Of a DNA stretch of 57,860 nucleotides, positions 17,254 through 24,994 are shown one piece after another; positions within the stretch are counted from its first letter, which is position 1, and each line of letters begins with the position of its first letter. The notes under the pieces are model-generated. The model saw nothing but the letters and a program-made list of their open reading frames with translations, was not told where the DNA came from and did no database searches. The stretch covers positions 1 to 57,860 of the forward strand of contig CALLYE010000139.1 of the NCBI GenBank assembly GCA_937875545.1. The letters are read 5' to 3'. A program made the translations under genes and the position numbers. The stretch is from an uncultured Clostridia bacterium (GTDB lineage: Bacteria; Bacillota; Clostridia; Oscillospirales; CAG-272).

Positions 17254-19209
17254 TTATCCGTCACTGCGGGGGTCCGGTGGTCTTACCATCCCCAGCGCAT
17301 TCCTCGCAACTTTTGCGTCCCCGTTATTTTTTATACTTAACGCGCGGATGGCGTTGAATATCGCTATAACCGTGACGCCTACGTCGGCGAATACCGCCGC
17401 CCACATTGTTGCGTAACCCAGCGCACCCAGCAGCAGGACGACAGCCTTGACCGAGAGGGCGAAGAAGATGTTTTGTCTGACAATGCGCAGCGTTTTCCGC
17501 GCGATTTTAATTGCGACCGCGAGCTTCGACGGCTCGTCGGTCATTATTACCACATCCGCCGCTTCGATAGCGGCGTCGGAACCCAGCCCGCCCATCGCGA
17601 CGCCGATGTCGGCGAGCGCCAGCACAGGCGCGTCGTTTATGCCGTCGCCGACAAATACCAGCTTGCCGCCGGACGGCTGGTTTGCCAGCAGCTCCTCCAC
17701 GCGGGACATTTTATCTGCGGGTAAAAGCTCGGCGTAAACTTCGTCTATACCCAGTTCGGCTGCAATGCGCTCGCCGATAGGCTTCGCGTCGCCGGTCAGC
17801 ATGACAGTCTTTTCCACGCCTGCATTACGCAGATTTACGATGGCGTCCGCGGCGTCGTCTTTATTTTCGTCGGCGATGATGATATAGCCGCGGTACACAC
17901 CGTCGGCAGCGATATGTACGACTGTGCCCAGTCCGGCATCTGTTTCATCGAATTTAACGCCGATTTTTTTCATCAGCTTGCCGTTTCCGGCGGCGACTTT
18001 TTTTTCGTCGCCGCGCTTGTCAACAAGCGAAGCGATGACGCCGTGACCGGCGATCTCCTCCGCGCCGATAACGCGCGAAGTGTCAATCATGTTATGCGTA
18101 AACGCGTCATACGCGCGCGCCAATGAAAGGGAGATGGGGTGGTTTGAATAGCTTTCGGTGTATGCGGCAAGCTCCAGCAGTTCACCCTCGGATATACCCG
18201 ACGGTACAGCCTTCACCACCTCGAACACGCCTTTGGTCAGCGTGCCTGTCTTGTCGAACACGGCGGTTCGGGTGGCGGCAAGCGCCTCGAGATAGTTGCT
18301 GCCTTTGACCAATATACCGCTGCGCGACGCGCCGCCGATACCGCCGAAAAAGCTGAGCGGGACAGATATAACCAGCGCGCAGGGGCAGGAGATTACAAGA
18401 AACACCAGCGCTCTATACAGCCAATCGCCGAATTTTGCGCCCGGTACAACAAGCGGAGGAATTACCGCAAGCAATATCGCGAAGGCGACGACCGCGGGCG
18501 TGTAATAACGCGCGAATTTTGTGATGAAGTTTTCGGAAACGGATTTTTTTGTGCTTGCGTTTTCGACGAGATCGAGGATTTTACTCACTGTCGACTCGCC
18601 GAACTCTTTTGTCACGCGCGCCGTGAGCATCCCGCTCACGTTAATGCAGCCGCTGAGGATAGCGTCGCCCGGAACGGCTTCTCTGGGCGTCGATTCTCCT
18701 GTCAGCGCCGACATGTCGATAAACGAGTGTCCGTCTGTGATCTCCGCGTCGAGCGGTATGCGCTCGCCGGGCTTGATCACGATAATGTCGCTAATTTGCA
18801 CCTCATCCGGATCAACGCGTTTAAGCGTATCGCCCTGCTGTAAATTAGCGAAATCGGGGCGTATGTCCATAAGTTTGGCAATCGATTTACGGGATTTGTT
18901 GACGGCATAACTTTGGAACAGCTCACCGATTTGATAAAAGAGCATAACGGCAACACCCTCGGAATATTGACCGATAGCAATCGCGCCGACAGAGGCGATG
19001 CTCATGAGAAAGTTTTCGTCAAACGGGCGTCCGCAAAACAGGTTACGCACCGCGTCGTACAGGATGTTATAACCGATTATGATAAACGCTGCCAAAAACA
19101 GCGTCAGGGGGAGCGCGCCGCCGCGCGATTTTACTATGACCGCGGCGATATATGTCCCTCCGCCGATGATAATCTGGATCAGGCGTTTTTGATTTTTATT
19201 TAATTTCAT
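17254..19209 (-). CDS. cadA: Heavy-metal (Cd/Zn/Co) translocating P1B-type ATPase
   Basis: TGES, SCPCAL, DKTGTLT, SNHP, GDGINDAP and AVFADVG motifs. Confidence 0.95.
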   Translation of the reverse strand: MKLNKNQKRLIQIIIGGGTYIAAVIVKSRGGALPLTLFLAAFIIIGYNILYDAVRNLFCGRPFDENFLMSIASVGAIAIGQYSEGVAVMLFYQIGELFQSYAVNKSRKSIAKLMDIRPDFANLQQGDTLKRVDPDEVQISDIIVIKPGERIPLDAEITDGHSFIDMSALTGESTPREAVPGDAILSGCINVSGMLTARVTKEFGESTVSKILDLVENASTKKSVSENFITKFARYYTPAVVAFAILLAVIPPLVVPGAKFGDWLYRALVFLVISCPCALVISVPLSFFGGIGGASRSGILVKGSNYLEALAATRTAVFDKTGTLTKGVFEVVKAVPSGISEGELLELAAYTESYSNHPISLSLARAYDAFTHNMIDTSRVIGAEEIAGHGVIASLVDKRGDEKKVAAGNGKLMKKIGVKFDETDAGLGTVVHIAADGVYRGYIIIADENKDDAADAIVNLRNAGVEKTVMLTGDAKPIGERIAAELGIDEVYAELLPADKMSRVEELLANQPSGGKLVFVGDGINDAPVLALADIGVAMGGLGSDAAIEAADVVIMTDEPSKLAVAIKIARKTLRIVRQNIFFALSVKAVVLLLGALGYATMWAAVFADVGVTVIAIFNAIRALSIKNNGDAKVARNALGMVRPPDPRSDG

Positions 19210-19260
19210 ACAATATATAAGTAAAATATAAGTAAATTTACCGGCGGCGGAACGTCGTTT

Positions 19261-19470
19261 TTATACTATTTCCAAATTGGACTTTTTAACGACTGTCTGT
19301 ATGGATTTGTTTATAGTGTCGAATTTAGCGTCATCGCCCTCAACGGTCAGTTTGGAAGCAACGAAATTTACAATTGCCGATGTGACGCCGTCCAGCTTTT
19401 TCACCGTACCCTCGAGCTTTGCGGCGCAGTTCGCGCAGTCCAGACCCTCAAGCTTGTAAATCTTTTTCAT
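19261..19470 (-). CDS. Stand-alone heavy-metal-associated (HMA) domain protein (start corrected to 19470)
   Basis: MKKIYKLEGLDCANCAAKLE; RBS GAAAGGA. Confidence 0.88.
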   Translation of the reverse strand: MKKIYKLEGLDCANCAAKLEGTVKKLDGVTSAIVNFVASKLTVEGDDAKFDTINKSIQTVVKKSNLEIV

Positions 19471-19512
19471 ATGTTGTAATCCTTTCGTATTATTATATGT
19501 GTTTTTGAAAAA

Positions 19513-19574
19513 ATGGTTGAACAGTCTCTCAACCATCTGACTATATTATAGTTGAGCAACCGTTCAACTGTCAA
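19513..19574 (-). promoter_or_regulatory. Consensus SigA promoter with two ArsR/SmtB-type operators
   Basis: TTGACA(19569-74)-18bp-TATAAT(19545-50); inverted repeats atggTTGA-N8-TCAAccat (19513-36) and atagTTGA-N8-TCAActgt (19548-71). Confidence 0.8.
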
Positions 19575-19721
19575 GAGTTTTTATGAATTTTCATATTAAA
19601 CATTTTATGAACGGAATTGTTGCCGCAAACGCTTTACACCCGTGCGATTTTGTGTTAAACTAAACAAAATGTACTGTACAGGGCGGGAGTTATATCCGCC
19701 TTTGTAAAGGGGTGATATTAA

Positions 19722-20090
19722 ATGAGAAAAAGCGAGCCTGTTTATGAATGTGAGGTCATACACATCGATGTGGTGAACGCGGTGAGGGCAAAAATGCCCG
19801 ACGAAAACGAGCTGTGCGATCTGTCGGACTTTTTTAAAATTCTCGGCGACAGCACGAGAGCCAAAATTATCTGGGCGCTTGATGAAAGCGAAATGTGTGT
19901 CTGCGACCTTGCCGCGCTGCTGGGCATGACGAAATCGGCAATCTCCCACCAGCTCGGACTCATGCGCCGCGAAAATCTTGTGAAGAACCGCAAAGAGGGC
20001 AGGGTAGTGTTTTATTCGCTCACCGACGATCATATCAAGCAGATATTTGAAACAGGACTGGAGCATATCAGGGAACCGGTTGACGATTAA
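19722..20090 (+). CDS. cadC: ArsR/SmtB (CadC-like) metalloregulatory repressor
   Basis: CEVIH, FFKILGDSTR, EMCVCDLA, SAISHQL, YSLTDDHI and GLEH motifs; divergent from the HMA-cadA genes. Confidence 0.9.
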   Translation: MRKSEPVYECEVIHIDVVNAVRAKMPDENELCDLSDFFKILGDSTRAKIIWALDESEMCVCDLAALLGMTKSAISHQLGLMRRENLVKNRKEGRVVFYSLTDDHIKQIFETGLEHIREPVDD

Positions 20091-20143
20091 TAAAAACGCC
20101 GCGGGGACGGTCACTCGTCGGCAACGATAATAATAGTTAGTTA

Positions 20144-20290
20144 TTAAAAGCAGCCGCCCTTATGGGTGAGGGACCCATAAAGGCGGCGCAAATGCGCACA
20201 ATCAACAAGTATTAAAATGTATTACATAATAATTTATTTTGAAAAGTCTTTGCACAGCTTTCTTCAGAAAGCGCGTCTCTTTTAATTGGA
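20144..20290 (+). repeat. Left copy of ~148-bp inverted repeat flanking GH116
   Basis: Matches the reverse complement of 22784-22932 with about a dozen differences; internal hairpin gccgcccttatgggt/acccataaaggcggc. Confidence 0.92.
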
Positions 20291-20340
20291 CTTTATCTTC
20301 AATATGGAATTTAAATATTTATATTAATGAGGTAATCACT

Positions 20341-22725
20341 ATGAGCATACCGAGATCCTATACGGGACGAAAACTGGACAACATCAGCTTTCCCATGGGC
20401 GGTATCGGCGCGGGTACGGTCTGCCTGAACGGTACGGGCAATTTTGGCAGCGTGTCGCTGCGCCACCGACCGGAGATTTACAACGAACCCAACATGTTCG
20501 CGGCGGTTACGGCGCTTGGAGAGCAGCCGAAATCGCGCGTGGTTGAAGTGAAAGTGCCGGGGAGCAAGTATTTCACCAATACACGTGGCGCGGGACGAGG
20601 TCTGGAAGGAAAAAACTACGGTTTAACACGTTTTAAGGGCGGCACCTTCAGCGCGCGCTTCCCGTTCGCGGAACTGGCGCTGTCCGACGATAAATTCCCG
20701 CTGACCGCCAAGGTTACAGGCTGGAGCCCCTTTGTTCCCGGCGACGAGGACAGCTCCTCGCTGCCCGTCGCGGCGCTGGAGTATGAATTTATTAATAATA
20801 CCGGCCGGACGGCGGATTATGTATTCTATTACAGCGCCATGAATTTCATGCGCGTGAACAACGCGGCGCATGTCCTGCCGCTTGAGAACGGTTTTGCGCT
20901 TGTGCAGCCGGGCTGCGCTGAGCGCCCCGAGGAAGAGGGGTCTTTTATCGTCGCGGTTGACTGCCCGTGCAAGGTTGATACGGCGCTGTTCCGGGGCGGC
21001 TGGTTTGATCCGCTTACAATGCTGTGGAACCGTATCGAAAACGGCGAATACAACACCGCTCCTTACTCCGATCCGGAGCGGGGCGCAAGCCCCGGCGCGT
21101 CGCTGGCGGTGCCTTTTACGCTTGAACCGGGTGAAACGCGCAAAATTACCGTGCGCATGTGCTGGTATGTGCCAAATTCGCGCTTATCTGCGGGAGAGAG
21201 CGAGCCTTTGGAGGGCGAGCCGTTCTATCGTCCGTGGTATTCGGCGAAGTTTAATAATATTGAAGAACTTGCGGAATATTGGCGGAGCAATTACGATTAT
21301 CTGCGCGGCGAGAGCGCGGCGTTTGCCGACGCGCTGTTCGGCGGCACGCTGCCCGACGGGTTGATCGACGCGGTCGCGGCTAACCTGTGCATACTGAAAT
21401 CGCCGACAATTTTGCGCCAGCGTGACGGCAGATTGTGGGGCTGGGAGGGCTGCAGCGACGATTGGGGCAGTTGTCACGGCACCTGTACGCACGTATGGAA
21501 CTACGCGCAGGCGATACCGTATTTCTTTCCCCGGCTGGAACGCACGCTGCGCGAAACCGAGTACAACGAAGGAATGGATGCGGAGACCGGCCATGTCCAG
21601 TTCCGCATGGATTTACCCATACGCAAGACAAAACACAATTTTCACGCGGCGAGCGACGGTCAGCTCGGCGGCATTATAAAAACCTATCGCGACTGGCGAA
21701 TCTCGGGCGATACGGAATGGCTTAAAAAAATGTGGCAGGGCGTGAAAAAGAGCCTTGACTTCTGCATAAATCAATGGGACCCCGACCGCGAGGGCGTGAT
21801 ACGCCAACCCCACCACAATACATATGACATCGAGTTTTGGGGCCCGGACGGTATGATAACCGGCTTTTACCTCGGCGCGCTGAAAGCCGCCGCCGCCATG
21901 GCGGAAGCGGTGGGCGAACCGCGCGCGGAATACGACGAGCTGTTCCGCAGGGGCAAAGAATATCTGGACCAAAAGCTTTATAACGGCGAGTACTATTTTC
22001 AAGAGGTTAATAAAACCAACAAGCAATTCGTATTCGACCCGTCGCGTGAGCCTGCCGAGGCTGCGTCGCTGTTTGAGCGCGAAGGGCCGAAATATCAATA
22101 CAGCACCGGCTGCCTGTCGGACGTTGTGCTGGGTATATGGCTTGCCGAGCTGTCGGGACTGGATAATATCGCGGACGCGGGGCATGTGGAATCCACACTG
22201 CGCAGCATATACAAATATAACTTCAAGCCTGATCTGTCGGAGCACGCAAATCCGCAGCGTCCGGGATTTTTCATCGCGGATGAGGGCGGGCTGCTGCTCT
22301 GTACATGGCCAAACGGCGGCAAGCCCGCGCTGCCCTTCGTTTACAGCGACGAGGTTTGGACGGGGATCGAATATCAGGTCGCGTCGCACTTGATTTCGAA
22401 GGGTTATGTAAACGAGGGAATGCACATTGTCGAAACCTGCCGCGCGCGGTATGAGGGCGAGTTCCGCAATCCGTATGACGAATACGAGTGCGGTCACTGG
22501 TACGCGCGCGCCATGGCATCATACGCGTTATTGTGGGCGTATACCGGAGCGCGGTACGACGCGGTGGACGGCACAATGTACTACAGCCTGAAAAACGGGC
22601 GTGATTACGAAGTATTCATCGCCACCGCGACCGGCTGGGGCGTTTTGACGGTAACCGGCGGCACACCGTCAGTGAAGGTTATACGCGGGACAATCGATGT
22701 AAAACGTTATAAAGAATTAAATTAA
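20341..22725 (+). CDS. GH116 family beta-glycosidase (non-lysosomal glucosylceramidase-like); start corrected to 20341
   Basis: FPMGGIGAGT, WGWEG, GTCTHVWNYAQ, ASDGQLG, HNTYDIE, EVWTGIEY, ECGHWYARAMAS; RBS GAGGT. Confidence 0.92.
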   Translation: MSIPRSYTGRKLDNISFPMGGIGAGTVCLNGTGNFGSVSLRHRPEIYNEPNMFAAVTALGEQPKSRVVEVKVPGSKYFTNTRGAGRGLEGKNYGLTRFKGGTFSARFPFAELALSDDKFPLTAKVTGWSPFVPGDEDSSSLPVAALEYEFINNTGRTADYVFYYSAMNFMRVNNAAHVLPLENGFALVQPGCAERPEEEGSFIVAVDCPCKVDTALFRGGWFDPLTMLWNRIENGEYNTAPYSDPERGASPGASLAVPFTLEPGETRKITVRMCWYVPNSRLSAGESEPLEGEPFYRPWYSAKFNNIEELAEYWRSNYDYLRGESAAFADALFGGTLPDGLIDAVAANLCILKSPTILRQRDGRLWGWEGCSDDWGSCHGTCTHVWNYAQAIPYFFPRLERTLRETEYNEGMDAETGHVQFRMDLPIRKTKHNFHAASDGQLGGIIKTYRDWRISGDTEWLKKMWQGVKKSLDFCINQWDPDREGVIRQPHHNTYDIEFWGPDGMITGFYLGALKAAAAMAEAVGEPRAEYDELFRRGKEYLDQKLYNGEYYFQEVNKTNKQFVFDPSREPAEAASLFEREGPKYQYSTGCLSDVVLGIWLAELSGLDNIADAGHVESTLRSIYKYNFKPDLSEHANPQRPGFFIADEGGLLLCTWPNGGKPALPFVYSDEVWTGIEYQVASHLISKGYVNEGMHIVETCRARYEGEFRNPYDEYECGHWYARAMASYALLWAYTGARYDAVDGTMYYSLKNGRDYEVFIATATGWGVLTVTGGTPSVKVIRGTIDVKRYKELN

Positions 22726-22783
22726 AAACGGGGGGTACGGTCGCTTTTCAATTCTCAGTTATGTTGAGAATTCAGACTGAAAA

Positions 22784-22932
22784 TCCAATTAAAAGGGAAC
22801 GCGCTTTCTGAAGAAAGCTGTGCAAAGACTTTTCAAACAAAAATTATAATGTAATTCGTTCTGATACTTGTTGAATGTGCGCATTTGCGCCGCCTTTATG
22901 GGTCCCTTACCCATAAGGGCGGCTGCTTTTAA
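22784..22932 (-). repeat. Right copy of ~148-bp inverted repeat flanking GH116
   Basis: Reverse complement of 20144-20290. Confidence 0.92.
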
Positions 22933-22997
22933 AAGCTCCGCAAAAACTTTTTAATAAAAATATAAAGTATTGTAGTTAATACCAGTAATAGCCAATG

Positions 22998-23073
22998 TTT
23001 GCGGTTCCAAGGGGGACTTTCCCCCTTGGCGGGAGCTCGAGAGCAGCGCCCTCGATCGCGTCCCCCGTACTTT
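22998..23073 (+). repeat. ~75-bp two-hairpin dispersed repeat, copy 1
   Basis: tttgcggttccaagggggactttcccccttggcgggagctcgag...cccgtacttt; second copy at 36217-36290. Confidence 0.88.
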
Positions 23074-23084
23074 GCCGGACTCGG

Positions 23085-23114
23085 TTGACAATACCGTCCG
23101 ATGTGTGATATAAT
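23085..23114 (+). promoter_or_regulatory. SigA promoter of rex
   Basis: TTGACA-18bp-TATAAT with TG extension. Confidence 0.7.
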
Positions 23115-23183
23115 AGTAATATAAACATGTACAACCTCGACATCCGGCGCTCTGTATGGCACGGCTGTCAGAAAGGGATGAAG

Positions 23184-23852
23184 ATGAGCGGAAAGAACAT
23201 TCCCGTCAGCACGCTGCGGCGGCTGCCCGTATACCTGCATTACCTTAATTCAATAAAAGATAAAAGCGTAAATATTTCGGCGACGGCGATTGCCGAAGCG
23301 TTCGGCTGGGGCGACGTGCAGGTGCGCAAGGATCTCGGCGCGGTGAGCGGCAGGGGACGTCCAAAAACGGGCTATTCCGTCGCGGAACTTATTTCGCAGC
23401 TCCAAACTTCGCTCGGCTACGGTACAAAAACCAATACGATACTCGTCGGCGCGGGAAAACTGGGCAGAGCGCTGATGTCATACGGCGGTTTCGCAGAATA
23501 TGGCATCGACATTATCGCGGCGTTCGACTCCGACCCCGCGCTGCAGGGCACCCATACAGGGGGTAAGCCTATATTGTCCGACTGTGATATTGAAACCTTC
23601 TGCAATGACGAAAATATAAAGCTGGGGATTATCACCGTTCCGGCGGAATCAGCGCAGCCGATATGCGACCGCCTGACGTTCTGCGGCGTAAAAGCGATAT
23701 GGAATTTCGCGCCGACCATCCTGCGCGTGCCGGAGAATGTGGTGATCGAAAACGAAAACCTGGCGTCGTCGCTCGCGATTTTGTGTATGCGTATGCGCGG
23801 TGAAATTCCCGGCGCGGTCGCGTACAGCGGCACGTTTGGTTCGGGGTTATAA
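23184..23852 (+). CDS. rex: Redox-sensing transcriptional repressor Rex (start corrected)
   Basis: TLRRLPVY, QVRKDL, GRPKTGY, VGAGKLGRAL, AIWNFAP; RBS GAAAGGGA. Confidence 0.93.
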   Translation: MSGKNIPVSTLRRLPVYLHYLNSIKDKSVNISATAIAEAFGWGDVQVRKDLGAVSGRGRPKTGYSVAELISQLQTSLGYGTKTNTILVGAGKLGRALMSYGGFAEYGIDIIAAFDSDPALQGTHTGGKPILSDCDIETFCNDENIKLGIITVPAESAQPICDRLTFCGVKAIWNFAPTILRVPENVVIENENLASSLAILCMRMRGEIPGAVAYSGTFGSGL

Positions 23853-23933
23853 TTAAAGTATTATAACCGTATAATATATAACAAATCGCGGGGCTGTAAG
23901 CGGTTATTATTACAATTTGTACAACGTAAGGGC

Positions 23934-24878
23934 GTGGTTATAAGTTTGAATCTGATGCATATGAAATACGCGGTGGAGATTGCCGAAACCAACTCCATGA
24001 CAAAGGCGGCGGAGCGTCTTTACACCGCGCAGCCCAACCTCAGCCGCGCTATCCGCGAGCTTGAGAACGCGCTGGGCATCGTCATTTTCCGCCGTACGTC
24101 AAAGGGCATCTATCCAACCGCGCAGGGCGAAGAATTTCTCTCCCGCGCGCGCAAGATACTCGCGCAGGTCGACGAGGTGGAGGACATGTTCCGCGACGGC
24201 AAGCGGCACGAGAACCAGTTTTCGATCTCGGTTCCGCGCGCCGGCTATATAGCCCATGCTTTTACAGAATTTCTAAAAAAACTCGATCCCGCGGACAGCG
24301 CCGAGATATACTATCGCGAAACCAACGCGATGCGCGCGATAAGCAATATCTTGAACGCCGAATACCGGCTGGGTATACTGCGCTATCAGTCCGCGTACGA
24401 CCGCAATTTTAAAATAATGCTCGACGAAAAAGAGCTTACCTCAGAGCTGATCTGTGAATTTACAAACGTGGTTGTAATGAATAAACAAAATCCGCTGGCG
24501 CAGAAAGAAGAAATAACGCTTGACGACCTCGCGCCGTTTGTGGAGCTGTCCAACCCGGATACGTTCGTACCCGCAATGTCGCCCGTCTCCGCGCGGAAAA
24601 ACGAAATTGTCGGCAATACCTCCCGCCATATATACATTTTTGAGCGCGGCAGCCAGATGGAACTGCTTGGTGAACTGCCGGACACCTTCATGTGGGTGAG
24701 CCACATCCCGCCGAAAATGCTGGAGCTGCACGGACTTATAACCCGGAGCTGCGCGGAGAATACGCGCAAATACCGCGATGTGCTGATATATAAACGCGAT
24801 TATAAGCTGACGGAGTTGGACAAGCTGTTTATTGACGAGCTTACGACGGCAAAACGCAGTTTTCGCGTTAACTTGTAA
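23934..24878 (+). CDS. LysR family transcriptional regulator
   Basis: SMTKAAERLYTAQPNLSRAIRELE HTH; exact start uncertain. Confidence 0.92.
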   Translation: MVISLNLMHMKYAVEIAETNSMTKAAERLYTAQPNLSRAIRELENALGIVIFRRTSKGIYPTAQGEEFLSRARKILAQVDEVEDMFRDGKRHENQFSISVPRAGYIAHAFTEFLKKLDPADSAEIYYRETNAMRAISNILNAEYRLGILRYQSAYDRNFKIMLDEKELTSELICEFTNVVVMNKQNPLAQKEEITLDDLAPFVELSNPDTFVPAMSPVSARKNEIVGNTSRHIYIFERGSQMELLGELPDTFMWVSHIPPKMLELHGLITRSCAENTRKYRDVLIYKRDYKLTELDKLFIDELTTAKRSFRVNL

Positions 24879-24884
24879 AACGAT

Positions 24885-24923
24885 AAAGGCATATCGATAA
24901 AGATATATCGATATGCCTTTTTA
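24885..24923 (+). terminator. Terminator-like hairpin directly upstream of the adhE promoter (possible LysR box)
   Basis: aaaggcatatcgata/tatcgatatgccttt plus T-run; followed by TTCACA-17bp-TATGAT. Confidence 0.65.
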
Positions 24924-24994
24924 ATATTTCACAAACACCCCCATATATGATATGATATAAACGAAAGTAGAATTCTTAAACGGAGGGTGCAAAT

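Noticed and set aside
19215-19236. 11-bp tandem repeat atataagtaaa upstream of cadA
   Set aside because: Low-complexity AT-rich duplication with no supporting functional evidence.
20144-22932. Autonomous IS or transposon
   Set aside because: The enclosed ORF is a GH116 enzyme; no transposase and no clear target-site duplication. Kept only as a non-autonomous hypothesis.
23115-23175. Riboswitch in the rex leader (weak hairpin gaca..ccg/cgg..tgtc)
   Set aside because: No recognisable aptamer consensus; cannot be supported without an Rfam search.
24915-24940. Rex operator upstream of adhE
   Set aside because: Only the TTCACAA half-site matches; it is better explained as the -35 element.
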